From an uncultured delta proteobacterium (lineage in GTDB: Bacteria > Desulfobacterota > Binatia > UBA9968), in assembly GCA_963760795.1 (NCBI GenBank), contig CAVXEP010000029.1, positions 416,001-480,000 of the forward strand: a stretch of DNA of 64,000 nt. Direction: 5' to 3'. Below, piece by piece: positions 48,717 through 58,571 of this stretch. The stretch's first letter is position 1; every line of letters starts with the position of its first letter. The notes under the pieces were generated by a model. It ran no database searches and had not been told where the DNA came from. It saw only the letters and a program-made list of their open reading frames with translations. The position numbers and the translations under genes are program-made.

Positions 48717-50036
48717 CTACTGATGCAAAGTGTATGATTTTACCAATGCTTCTGAGAAATCGGCTACCCAAAAGGCAAATTGATTTGAATTCAGCCTATA
48801 GCTAGTTGTACTCCACACTTCTTTGCCATTGATCGCAAAGACCAGGGCACTTCCGTTCAGTTTCATTTGGAGCGTGTCGAAGTTATTTTCGCCATTGATG
48901 CTGATAATTCCTTCTGAAAACCGTGAAAACGGCGCGTACGTTCGGCTTCTTCCCGGGCCGATCGAATAATATCCTCCATTCGTAGAGTGGAGAGTAAACA
49001 GTAGAAAATCCTCGGGACGGTAATTCCAAGCGATGCCGTAGCGGGTAGAGCCGCCGTTTCTGGTCGATTTAATTTGAAAATTGATGAGAAAATCCTTGCT
49101 GAGTTCCAAATTGTCGACTCTAAACGGACTGCTAATGTAACTGCCCTCAGTACTGATCTTCAATTGAAAATCAGGTGAATTAAAAGTGTGGGTTTTCTCC
49201 TGGCCCCCGCGCTTATCAGAAACAGCCGAGTTCGCGGGTTTTCTTTCAATCTGCGACGAGTCAGATAGATTCTTCGCCATCGATGGCGAAGGAGCGTTCG
49301 CCTTCGGAGCCTCACCCAGAAGTTTACCTTTGCCCGCCGCGACGAGTGGTTTTGCACTTTCAGCGTCAGCAATAAGTTTGTTCGCTTCAGTATTTGCGCC
49401 TGCCGACGGAGCCTCTTTTTCGGCCTTCAACGTCTCTTGAGGAGTCTTTTGGTAATACAAAAAACCACCGACTGCGACGGCTATCACCGACGCTCCGGCA
49501 ATGGCGAACCAAGGCTTCTTCGCGGCTGGTCGCGGTGGCGCCGCTGCATCTGTCTTTGCGCCTGACGGCGTGTCATTTCGTGCGACCAGACCTAACCGCT
49601 TGACCAACTCCTGAACATCGGACTCCCAACGGTTGTGGCTAAGCTCGAATCCATTGCGGTACGCCAAGTCGCTGAGATCTTCCGGTAATTGTTCCGCAGT
49701 GGGCATTTGCGCGCCGTGGAGCAGCAGCGGTGTGACCGGAATATTGCGCTTGAGAGCCGCGGTAATTTCCATGCGCACGAAATCGCCGGGAATGTCGAGT
49801 CGGCGCCGACCTGACTTGTCCTTGCCATCAACCCAGTCCCGTCCAATCAGTGCCAACATCACATCGCAGGTCGCCAGCCGTTCCTGAAGGACCGCGCGGA
49901 AGTCCCGTCCTAAGCCAATGCTGTCCACGTCCATAAACACCGAGTCCCGGCCGAGCCTGGCCACGAGGTCCTGGAACAACGCTCGAGCTTGACCTTCGGA
50001 ATCTTCCCTTCGATAACTGATGAAAACCGAACCCAA
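48717..50036 (-). CDS. TIR-domain transmembrane protein with C-terminal beta-sandwich domain
   Basis: VFISYRREDS, VFMDVDSI..G.DF and DFVRME (TIR_2), TM segment WFAIAGASVIAVAVGGFLYY, and a beta-rich C-terminus. TTG start after AGGAG. Confidence 0.85.
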   Translation of the reverse strand: MGSVFISYRREDSEGQARALFQDLVARLGRDSVFMDVDSIGLGRDFRAVLQERLATCDVMLALIGRDWVDGKDKSGRRRLDIPGDFVRMEITAALKRNIPVTPLLLHGAQMPTAEQLPEDLSDLAYRNGFELSHNRWESDVQELVKRLGLVARNDTPSGAKTDAAAPPRPAAKKPWFAIAGASVIAVAVGGFLYYQKTPQETLKAEKEAPSAGANTEANKLIADAESAKPLVAAGKGKLLGEAPKANAPSPSMAKNLSDSSQIERKPANSAVSDKRGGQEKTHTFNSPDFQLKISTEGSYISSPFRVDNLELSKDFLINFQIKSTRNGGSTRYGIAWNYRPEDFLLFTLHSTNGGYYSIGPGRSRTYAPFSRFSEGIISINGENNFDTLQMKLNGSALVFAINGKEVWSTTSYRLNSNQFAFWVADFSEALVKSYTLHQ

Positions 50037-50175
50037 AGAAATCTCCTAACTTGTCGCCTTATACCAAATGATTTGGCGTCCCCGTACGCGAATGGCTTGT
50101 TTATTGAGTAGAAGAAGCATCAAAGTCTGGGAACCAGGATGGGCACGAATCTCTCCGTACGGTCAAATGGATCGC

Positions 50176-51231
50176 CTATAGCCCGTAGAACCGGCGCGGA
50201 TTATCGTCGAGAATCTTGCGGGCAACGGACGCGGGTATCTCGCCTTTTTCGCCGCGTTGCTCGATGACGTCGAGGGCGTGGATCTCGGCGGATTGATCGG
50301 CGTGGCTATAGTCGGTGCCGATCATCAGGTTGTCTTCCATGCCGTACTTGAGGATGTAAGGAAGATCGTCGTTGGTTTGGCAGGCCACATAGAAGCGGTT
50401 GCGGCGGAACAGGTCTTCCTTGAAATTGATCGGCAGGAACGTGCGCCGAAGTTTTTTTGCCTCCAGATCGGCATAGAGATAAGGCACCCAGGAAGCGCCG
50501 GTTTCGATGAATCCGACTCTAAGCTTGGGAAACATGTCCGGGATGCCATGCTCGGCGAGCGCGCTGAAGGCGGCGATGGCGATCATGCCGCCGCCGAGGC
50601 CGGAGCCTTCGGTCGTGGCGGACTCGATGTGGCCGTTGGCATTGTGGATGCAGATGGGCAGGTCGAGACGGCTCGCCTCGTCGTAGATTGGAAAGAAATG
50701 TGGATCGCTGGCGGGGCGGCCGCCGGCTTCGATGCCCTTCTTGAACACGCCGCAGGCGCCGTGATCTTTGGCCCAACGCAGCTCTTCCACTGCCTTACCG
50801 ATATCGAGCATCGGCAGCACTGCGACCCAGCGCAGCCGGCCGCGGCTCTTATCCGTGGCGGTGGCGATCCAGCGATTGTAAGATTTGCAAAGTGCCACGT
50901 CGATCTCCGCGCGAGCGGTGAAAGCGTGCAGGAATAAAGTCGGGTAGAGCACCTGCACGTCGACGCGCAACTCGTCCATGTGGCGCAAGCGGGCTTCCAC
51001 GTCGAGAAGTTCCCGGGTCGCCTGAACCGTTCCGGTTCGCAGATCATCGCGCCAGCGCTTGAGCTGGATCGTGCCGTCAATCAGCCAGAGGCGGTGCGGC
51101 CGGGCATCGCCCGGCGCCGTCGCCGCTCCCGGATCGACCAATACCGGTTTGAAGCGGCGGGCGCCGTCGTCGAGGTATTCCCAGGTTGCTTCCGTTTCGT
51201 CTATATGGGCGTCGACGTCAACACGAAACAT
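50176..51231 (-). CDS. Amidohydrolase family protein (Amidohydro_2)
   Basis: VDVDAH, SYNRW, ICIH, FIETGASW and IGTDYSH. Confidence 0.9.
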   Translation of the reverse strand: MFRVDVDAHIDETEATWEYLDDGARRFKPVLVDPGAATAPGDARPHRLWLIDGTIQLKRWRDDLRTGTVQATRELLDVEARLRHMDELRVDVQVLYPTLFLHAFTARAEIDVALCKSYNRWIATATDKSRGRLRWVAVLPMLDIGKAVEELRWAKDHGACGVFKKGIEAGGRPASDPHFFPIYDEASRLDLPICIHNANGHIESATTEGSGLGGGMIAIAAFSALAEHGIPDMFPKLRVGFIETGASWVPYLYADLEAKKLRRTFLPINFKEDLFRRNRFYVACQTNDDLPYILKYGMEDNLMIGTDYSHADQSAEIHALDVIEQRGEKGEIPASVARKILDDNPRRFYGL

Positions 51232-51296
51232 GATTCCTCCTTGGCTGGTGGTTATTTTCTTGCTTACCTAGCATCACGCTTGAGCAGCGATTCCAG

Positions 51297-52145
51297 TTAT
51301 GTTCCCGCTTTGGGCTGGGGAATTTCCGCCGGCCAATTTTCGATATAAACCGGTTCGGGCGGAAAGCCCAGGACATTGAGATAAAGATACTCGCGCCAAG
51401 CGGGAAAATACCGCACGTTATCCACCGGCACGTTGAAGTATTTGCGCAAGAAGTCGCGGCGCGGCGGATCGAAAACCGTACGCGGGCGGCTATTGAGCGC
51501 CTGGGCTTCGATCTCGCCGATGCGGCGCCGAATCGGCGTTTCGCCGTAGGTATCAATCTGTTCCCAGACGTAGTCGTGGATCTTCTGCAAGATCGCGTCG
51601 TGATGGGTGCGCTCTTCGGCATGAACCACGCGCTCTTCGAAATCGAGCAGCTTCGGCGTGGTGATTTGGATGCTCTGGATGCTTGCCGCCGTGCAGTGGC
51701 CGTAGGGCCACAAGTTGCCGGAAAAAATATAGCTGAGAAAATCGCGCTTCATGATTTGGTGGTGCTCGGTGCGCGGCGTCAGGCCATATTGACGCTCAAA
51801 TTCGGGGTCGGGTTTTGAGTGGTCGCGGCGCGGGTCAATGGCATTCGCTTGGCGGATATACCCCCAACCGTGGCCGGCTTCGGTGCCGATATGTTCGCCC
51901 AGATGATGGCGCCAATCGGCATCCATCTCGAAGTGAGACATGGCGTAGCATGCGGTGCCGACGGTGATTTCAAGTTCGTCGCGGCCGCGATGGGCGAGCC
52001 AGCGCGCTAAACGCTCGCGCTCCTCATCGTCTTTGGGCGGGCGCTTGAGGTTATCGCGGCTCTTGCGGAAAGCCTCCAACTCCGCGCTGATCGGATTATC
52101 CTCGCTGTAAGTGATTTTCTTGCCAACGCCTCGGATATCGGCCAT
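51297..52145 (-). CDS. Hypothetical ferritin-like (di-metal four-helix bundle) protein
   Basis: Helical 282-aa ORF with RDELE, TEAGH (ExxH) and EERTHH (ExxH). AGGAGG RBS. Confidence 0.6.
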   Translation of the reverse strand: MADIRGVGKKITYSEDNPISAELEAFRKSRDNLKRPPKDDEERERLARWLAHRGRDELEITVGTACYAMSHFEMDADWRHHLGEHIGTEAGHGWGYIRQANAIDPRRDHSKPDPEFERQYGLTPRTEHHQIMKRDFLSYIFSGNLWPYGHCTAASIQSIQITTPKLLDFEERVVHAEERTHHDAILQKIHDYVWEQIDTYGETPIRRRIGEIEAQALNSRPRTVFDPPRRDFLRKYFNVPVDNVRYFPAWREYLYLNVLGFPPEPVYIENWPAEIPQPKAGT

Positions 52146-52164
52146 AACAACCTCCTAAACATTG

Positions 52165-53178
52165 CTACTTTGTCGCATAGAGCGACCGGACAAAGCCTTC
52201 CTTATCGATGCGTTCAAGCAGGCTCATGTCTAACACGCCGAAGGGATTTCGATTCGACTGATTGGGTGACAGCTTGATCACGGTCTCAATCGCCTCTTTC
52301 GGCACCAGCGGCAGCCGCTCGTAGAGCGCGACGACTCTTTGATAAACTTCGTCGATAACCTCCGGGTCAGTGAGCCTCATGTTTCGACTGATGGTCCTCT
52401 TTGCCATATCTGGATTGGTCAGTGCAAGTTTGAGCCCATGCAGGAGCCCCTTGAGAAATCGTCCCAGCGCCATCGGCGATTTCTCCAGCACCGCTCGGGT
52501 GGTCACCACCGAAGTAAACATACAGGGAATCCGTGCCGTGGCCAAATCGATGATCATGTGAAGTGCCAATTTTCTCGCTTCGATGGTTTCCGGTGGCGAT
52601 AACAGCGCGGCGTCGACAACCCCAGTGAACAGCGCCTGGGAGACGAGCCCCAACCGACCGAACGCGATTAGCTTGACATCCCGCGACGAATCGAGCCCGG
52701 CGCGCTGCAGCATAACCGCGGTAGCCAAGTTGAGCGACGTGCCCGGCAGCGTGTTGGCAATCATTTTTCCTTTGAGGTCTTTGAGCTGCGAAATCTCCGG
52801 CTTGGCCCAAAGTTGATAGGGAACGGTGTTCACTAGCCCGCCGATGATGCGCACGTCCACGCCTTTGAGAAAAGCGCTCAACGCCTGGCCGCCGCCGACA
52901 ATGGCGACATCCAAGCTGCGCGCATCCAAAGCGCGAATCATGGTGGTGCCAGCTGACTGGATAAACTCCACGTTCACGCCGTAAAGGTCGAACAATTTCT
53001 GCTCCACGGCTATCGAACCTGCCAACTGGGTCGCAGTCGCTCCGGAAAATCCAAGACGAAGCGATTCCGCGCTCCAAACGCTGGCGCTCTGATGAACGAA
53101 GATGAACGCCACGAGAGCAAGAAGTACGCGCAACTTGGGTATGAAACAGAGAACTTTATTGGCTAACATTGATATCAT
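52165..53178 (-). CDS. ABC transporter substrate-binding protein (NMT1/SsuA-like)
   Basis: Signal peptide, LRLGFS, DLKGKMIA, VDAALLSPP and DKEGFV. Confidence 0.88.
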   Translation of the reverse strand: MISMLANKVLCFIPKLRVLLALVAFIFVHQSASVWSAESLRLGFSGATATQLAGSIAVEQKLFDLYGVNVEFIQSAGTTMIRALDARSLDVAIVGGGQALSAFLKGVDVRIIGGLVNTVPYQLWAKPEISQLKDLKGKMIANTLPGTSLNLATAVMLQRAGLDSSRDVKLIAFGRLGLVSQALFTGVVDAALLSPPETIEARKLALHMIIDLATARIPCMFTSVVTTRAVLEKSPMALGRFLKGLLHGLKLALTNPDMAKRTISRNMRLTDPEVIDEVYQRVVALYERLPLVPKEAIETVIKLSPNQSNRNPFGVLDMSLLERIDKEGFVRSLYATK

Positions 53179-53443
53179 TTCTTGTTATCGTGCCACTGGC
53201 ATTCCGTAAGAACGTCTTTCCTCCGGGGTCAACTGTCGCGATACACGAGACCGAGTCTTTGACAGAAGTCGCTCAAGTCCGACGTCGAACCCGCCAATCC
53301 ATTCCTCGAACCGATCTTGAACGGCAAGTCGCCGCGGGAAAAAGACGGGGTCTCTGCTGTCTCAACGCTGCTCCCCAACGCTCTACATCTCGCCGATGCT
53401 GAAGATTGTCCGCTAACAAATTTAACCAGCATCCCGTGCGATC

Positions 53444-54443
53444 TTAACGCAAGTACTTCTTGTAGTCGTCCATGATTGGATTGAGACGATCGGCGATGGT
53501 GAAGTCCTCGGAAATCACTTTGATGCGGGCCAATTCCTCCTGGGGAATATCGCTGCGCGAAATCACCCGCCCCATTTTTCTGACCAACATTTGCCCTTCC
53601 TTGGAAAGCACGTAGTCGATGAAAACCTTCCCGGCGTTGGCATGGGGCGCGTTCGCGGCAAGCGCGAGAGGATGAATATTTTTCGTGACAAACGGCATCG
53701 GCGCGGCATCGATGGGCGCGCCGCGATTCTTAAAGCGCAGCACCTGGGTGTCATAAACAAAGCCGATACTGAACTCGCCGGCGGCAATCATTTGCGTCAC
53801 CAACACTTGGGCGCCGCGAAATTGAAGCTCCTGGCGCGACAGCCCCTGGAAAAATTTTCTGCCGCGCTCTTCGCCCATGATTTTCAGCATGGTGGCGAAC
53901 CAGGAATACTGCCCTTCGGGAAAACCGATCTGGCCTTTCCACGCCTGGGTCCAAAAGATCCTCGTAGCGTTTGGGAATTTTGTCCTTGGGCACCAATTTG
54001 GTGTTGTAGGCGACCATGCGCAGATTCGAATACATATCGGCCCAGCGCCCCGCCGGATCTCGCGAATCGGCCATGAACGAAGAAAACTCCGGTATCGTGT
54101 GACGCGCCAGCAAGCCCATCTTGCCGAGCAAATGAATCTCCATGCCGCTGTTGGTGACGGCATCGAAGAAATGGCTGCCGGCGCGCCCCTCGGTGATGAC
54201 TCGCTGCAAAAGCTTCTCACTGCCCAAGCGGGTGATGTCGACGCGAATCGCTGGATATTTGGCCTGAAAGGCGTCCGCGACCACCTTGCTTTCTTCCGCG
54301 CCCATGGACGTGTAGAAATTGACCCGCCCTTCTTTCTTGGCGAGTTCGACGGTCTTGTCGTCGGCTGCGTCGATCGCCGTCGGGCAACGGCCGGCGCAAA
54401 AAGTCAGGAAAAAGATCAGGAAGAACTTTCTCGTTGCGCTCAT
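53444..54443 (-). CDS. Extracellular solute-binding protein (Fe3+/thiamine-type), with an apparent +1 frameshift near 53946
   Basis: AKKEGRVNFYTS, F..KYP and AYNT.LV....PK.YEDLLDP, then AWKGQI..APHANAGKVFIDYVLSKEGQ in the next frame. ATGA-coupled to the upstream gene. Confidence 0.86.
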
Positions 54444-55078
54444 TTTCGATCCCAAATCGCGCTGATGTCGGCAGCCGAGACAACTTCGAAAAACGTCTGC
54501 TCCATCAGCTTGAGCGCCATTTCATGCAATTCGCGGTTGCGCGAGCCGACACAATCTTTCAAGACAACCACGTCGTAGCCAAGATTACGCGCGCTGCGCG
54601 CGGTGCCCTCGACGCCGCCTTCGGTGGCGACACCGCCGATGAGAATCGTTTTGATGCCGTTGCTGCGCAGCATCAGGTCGAGATCGGTGCCGATAAAGCC
54701 GTCGGGCCGCCGTTTATGAAAGACGATGTCTTGCGGCTGGGGTGTCAATTCGGCGACGATCTCGCGGTCATGGGGATCTTCTTTCTCGCTCAAGAGCTGC
54801 TTGGGATCGCTCACTTTGGCGCGCTTCATTCTGATGCGCACCCAGACGCCGGCTTCTTCCTTCGCCAGGTCGAAACCGGTCTGCACCGAATAAAAAACCC
54901 GCACGCCACTACGCCGCGCCAAGGCGGAAAGCTCCTGAAGCTTCGGCAGCAGGTCTTTGTAGTTGAAAGCATTGGGAGCGATGGCGTACTCCATGTCCCA
55001 AATCAGCAAGGCCGTGTGGGAGGGATCGACGATCTCCGCAAAGGTGCTGGCGATTTTTTTACCGGCGATCTCGAACAT
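54440..55078 (-). CDS. Cysteine hydrolase/isochorismatase family protein
   Basis: TALLIWDM, K.R..GF.GTDLD..LR, GGVATEGGVEGTAR and VVLKDC. The usual TxxC Cys appears as Gly. Confidence 0.88.
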   Translation of the reverse strand: MFEIAGKKIASTFAEIVDPSHTALLIWDMEYAIAPNAFNYKDLLPKLQELSALARRSGVRVFYSVQTGFDLAKEEAGVWVRIRMKRAKVSDPKQLLSEKEDPHDREIVAELTPQPQDIVFHKRRPDGFIGTDLDLMLRSNGIKTILIGGVATEGGVEGTARSARNLGYDVVVLKDCVGSRNRELHEMALKLMEQTFFEVVSAADISAIWDRK

Positions 55079-55393
55079 GATTCACCTCCGTATGAACTGT
55101 CTAGCCCAGACTATTCGCGGTAAAACTGCGATCGAGCTGCAACCCTTCCGGCACGAAGGCAAAGCAGTTGTGTCTTGAAGATGCCAGCGGGACGAGTTGC
55201 TTGTGCGATCAGCAGCGAAAAGGTCAAACATCGTGCCCAGCATCGAGCACAAGATGAAACATTCGCGCCAGTGCCTTCGTTCCTCCAGGGTTACACCTCG
55301 ATCGACAGAGTGTAATTAGGCTTCCTCGTAACATTAATCCCGGCGTAGCTTTTCACAGGGCCATGCACATTTAGCCGCCAATGCCGCTGAACC

Positions 55394-57100
55394 CTACAGA
55401 GAGGGGTGGCCGTTGTGGTGGTTTCTCAAGACGCGGCCGGGAAAAGCGCCGGTGTGCTCGCCGTCTTGTACCAAGATGGCACCATTGACCATGGTGGTTT
55501 TCACGCCGATGGCGCGCTGGATGAGACGCTTTTCCCCGCCCGGCAAGTCGTTGACCATTTCCGGCTCACACTCGCGTACGGTCTGCGGGTCGAAGAGCAC
55601 CAGGTCGGCGGCCATACCTGGGCGAATCAGGCCGCGATCGTATAGACCGAAGACTGACGCGACCATGAAAGTAAGCTTGCGGATAGCTTCTTCCAACGGC
55701 ATCACGGCTTTTTCGCGCACCCAGTAACCGAGAAAACGCGTCGCGTAGCCGTAGCCGGCATGATAGACGAGATGAGCGCCGGCATCGGACTGGCCGACCA
55801 AAGTGATCGGACTCTTGAGGATCTCGGCGGTGGCTTCCTCGTCGCGACTGCCGGAATTCTGGAACATGGTCTCGAGGTTCTCTTCCACCGCGATATCGAG
55901 AAAGGTGTCGATCACGTCCTTATTCAGCGACTGGGCGATTTCTTCGACGCTCTTACCCTCAAGCGGTTGATTCTTCGCCTGGACGGCTTTGATTAAAAAA
56001 ATCTGGTCCCAGCGCCGGGAAAACGTCGTCGGTTTTTGGTCTTCCACCGCTTCGAAACGGAGCTGTCGGCGCCGTTCGGTGTCGCTGAAAAGCTCCGCCC
56101 GTTGCTCCACCGGGGCAAACATCACCTGTTTCCAACTCGGCAGATCGTCGAAGGTTTGCGCGTTCTTGAGGGTAAAGCGGCCGTTGAACAGACGGGCGTT
56201 GGTGAGCGGATAAGAAGGAGCGCCCGACGCGAGGGAGTCTTGCGCCAAATCGAGCAGCTTGCGCCATAGCTCCGGGGCGTTCCACCGATGGGCGATGCTT
56301 TGCCAGATCACCGGCCGGCCGGAGGTCGAAGCGAGACGGCGAAAGAAATCGATATCTTCCTCCACCGGTCGCGCAGTTCCCAGGGTGCCGCGCGAGATTT
56401 GCATGGAGCCGCAATTGAGTTCGCCCAGCACACTCGCCAGTTCGACAATCTCCTCGTCGGTGGCCAGGCGGCTCGGTATCGGCCGGCCATCCTCACGCAT
56501 ATGGCGGCGATTTTGATTGGTCGAAAACCCGATCGCCCCAGCCTTCATGCCTTCTCTGACCAGAGCTTTCATCTGAGCGATTTCCGCGGGTATCGCGGCG
56601 CGCTCCGAAGACTCCTCGCCCATGACGAATTGACGCACGGCGCAGTGTCCCATGAGCGCGGCGACATTGACGCCGAGTTTCTCCTGCAGCCGGTCGAGAT
56701 ATTGCGGGAAGCTGGTCCATTCCCATTTGACCGCTTGGCGCAGCACTTGAGAGGGCATCGCCTCGACCCGAACGAAGCTGCCGATCAAATTGTCGCGGTC
56801 TTGCGCGCGGCATGGGGCGAGGGACAGGCCGCAGTTGCCGGGAATCAGAGTCGTCACTCCGTGGAAACAAGAGGAGGTTGCCAGCGGGTCCCACAGGAGC
56901 TGGGCATCCATGTGCGTGTGAAAATCGATAAAGCCGGGCGCCACGGCCAAACCTTCGGCATTGACGACGCGCCGCGCGCTGTCATTGATCCGCCCCACTT
57001 CGACGATCCGATCGCCGTTAATCGCGACATCGCCGAAATAGGAAGGCAATCCGCTGCCGTCATAAATCCGTCCGCCCTTGATCACGACATCGTAAGCCAT
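55394..57100 (-). CDS. N-acyl-D-amino-acid deacylase family amidohydrolase
   Basis: VAPGFIDFHTHMD, HGVTT...GNCG, SDAGAH and RG.IRPG.AADLV.FD. Confidence 0.92.
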   Translation of the reverse strand: MAYDVVIKGGRIYDGSGLPSYFGDVAINGDRIVEVGRINDSARRVVNAEGLAVAPGFIDFHTHMDAQLLWDPLATSSCFHGVTTLIPGNCGLSLAPCRAQDRDNLIGSFVRVEAMPSQVLRQAVKWEWTSFPQYLDRLQEKLGVNVAALMGHCAVRQFVMGEESSERAAIPAEIAQMKALVREGMKAGAIGFSTNQNRRHMREDGRPIPSRLATDEEIVELASVLGELNCGSMQISRGTLGTARPVEEDIDFFRRLASTSGRPVIWQSIAHRWNAPELWRKLLDLAQDSLASGAPSYPLTNARLFNGRFTLKNAQTFDDLPSWKQVMFAPVEQRAELFSDTERRRQLRFEAVEDQKPTTFSRRWDQIFLIKAVQAKNQPLEGKSVEEIAQSLNKDVIDTFLDIAVEENLETMFQNSGSRDEEATAEILKSPITLVGQSDAGAHLVYHAGYGYATRFLGYWVREKAVMPLEEAIRKLTFMVASVFGLYDRGLIRPGMAADLVLFDPQTVRECEPEMVNDLPGGEKRLIQRAIGVKTTMVNGAILVQDGEHTGAFPGRVLRNHHNGHPSL

Positions 57101-57373
57101 GAAGCCTCCTGTGCTGGTGAAATCGTTAAAGTCTCTCGGTCGGTCTTAGACCGGCGTGGGCAATCCTTCGGTTGCTATGAACTCGGTTCTGAGGTCGCTT
57201 ATAATCAACGTGGTTATCAGCTGTCAACGTCAAATCGAATCAAACCGATTTTCTCCCTCTCATGGATCTGTTGCTCGACTCCTGGTGTCATTCCGAGGCC
57301 CTTCAACTTTACTCAGGATGACAGCAATCAGACTTTTGCGGATTGCGACACAGTCTCGAAGCTCGGAAGTGCT

Positions 57374-58384
57374 TTAGCGATCCCAGCCATAAAGTCTCAT
57401 GGCGTTGGCACTGAGAATTTTATTTTTCGCACTTTCCGAAATATCCTTGCGTTCTTTAAGCGTCGAGACCATGTAGGGAAAGTTACCGTCCCAGTGGGGA
57501 TAATCTGACGCGAAAAGAATCACATCTTCGCCGACTCGATCGAGCACGAAGGGTAAAGTCGCCTCTTCCGGCTCCGCGGCGTAGAACCAGTTGCCGCGGG
57601 CCATGTATTCGCTGGGCTTGGCCTTGAGCAAGGGCGCCTCGGATTTTCGCTTCTCCCACTCTTCATCCATGCGATCCATCCAGTAGGGCACCCAGCCCGC
57701 GCCGCATTCGAGAAAGGCAATGCGCAGCTTGGGAAATTGTTCCGGCACGCCGCCATACATGAGCGCAGCACAATCGATCAGCGTCTCGATGGGGCGGCCA
57801 ATCGTATGCTTGAACAGAAAAGTATCGAAACGAATCTCGCCCGCCGGTCCCTGGCGGGAATTGTGCACCAGCAGCGGCACGTTGAGCCGCTGGATCTCCT
57901 CGTAGATCGGCCAAAATTCCGGCTTGCCGAGATGCTCTTTCATGCCAAAAGAGGCGATGGCGATTCCCGCCAGTGCGAGCTTGGTCACGGCACGATTTAC
58001 TTCTTCCACGGCGGCGGCGACATTTTGAAAGGGCACCAGAGCTACTCCCTTGATGCGCGGGCTTTCCTTGCAGTGTTCAGCGATCCAGTTGTTGTAAGCA
58101 CGGCAATACGCCGCTGCGTAGTCCTTTTCGGTAAGTTGGCTCATGTGAAAGGCGCTGGTCGGGAACAGCACTGAAGTATCGATGGTTTCTTTATCCATGT
58201 CACGAAGTCTCATCGCGACATCGCTGACCCTCAGCCCAAGCGTGCCATACATACTGGAGTCCCACTCGTCGCCGGGTAAAAGCGATCCGCGTCGTTTGCA
58301 ATAGGGCTCTTCCAAATGCGGTCTGATATCGGTATCGCGCTCCTGGACATGTCCGTCGGAATCTATGACTCTCAGAGTTGCCAT
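57374..58384 (-). CDS. Amidohydrolase family protein (Amidohydro_2), close paralog of 18637-19641
   Basis: IDSDGH, GPAGEIRFD, HTIGRP, FLECGAGW and FASDYPHWD. Confidence 0.92.
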   Translation of the reverse strand: MATLRVIDSDGHVQERDTDIRPHLEEPYCKRRGSLLPGDEWDSSMYGTLGLRVSDVAMRLRDMDKETIDTSVLFPTSAFHMSQLTEKDYAAAYCRAYNNWIAEHCKESPRIKGVALVPFQNVAAAVEEVNRAVTKLALAGIAIASFGMKEHLGKPEFWPIYEEIQRLNVPLLVHNSRQGPAGEIRFDTFLFKHTIGRPIETLIDCAALMYGGVPEQFPKLRIAFLECGAGWVPYWMDRMDEEWEKRKSEAPLLKAKPSEYMARGNWFYAAEPEEATLPFVLDRVGEDVILFASDYPHWDGNFPYMVSTLKERKDISESAKNKILSANAMRLYGWDR

Positions 58385-58571
58385 TTTAACCTCCTACTTC
58401 ATGCGAAGATTTCATGAACACGCTTAGCAATCTTCAGTTGTTGCGTACAGGCGTGATCGACCCGAGATCGCCGGCAACGGTCGCTTATGGCAATCACACA
58501 ATGCACCGGTGCGCTGGAAACGCTGGGCGTGTTTCACAGCCGCGCTTAAGTGCGTTCACGCGCTGAGCGAA

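Noticed and set aside
55110-55390. Possible decayed gene between the isochorismatase and D-aminoacylase genes
   Set aside because: Only short open stretches with no homology I can recognise.
56288-57508. Long antisense or alternative-frame ORFs (e.g. 56288-57508, 4807-5562, 6645-7445, 39600-40337, 24187-24894)
   Set aside because: They are shadows of well-supported genes in GC-rich DNA and have no recognisable motifs.
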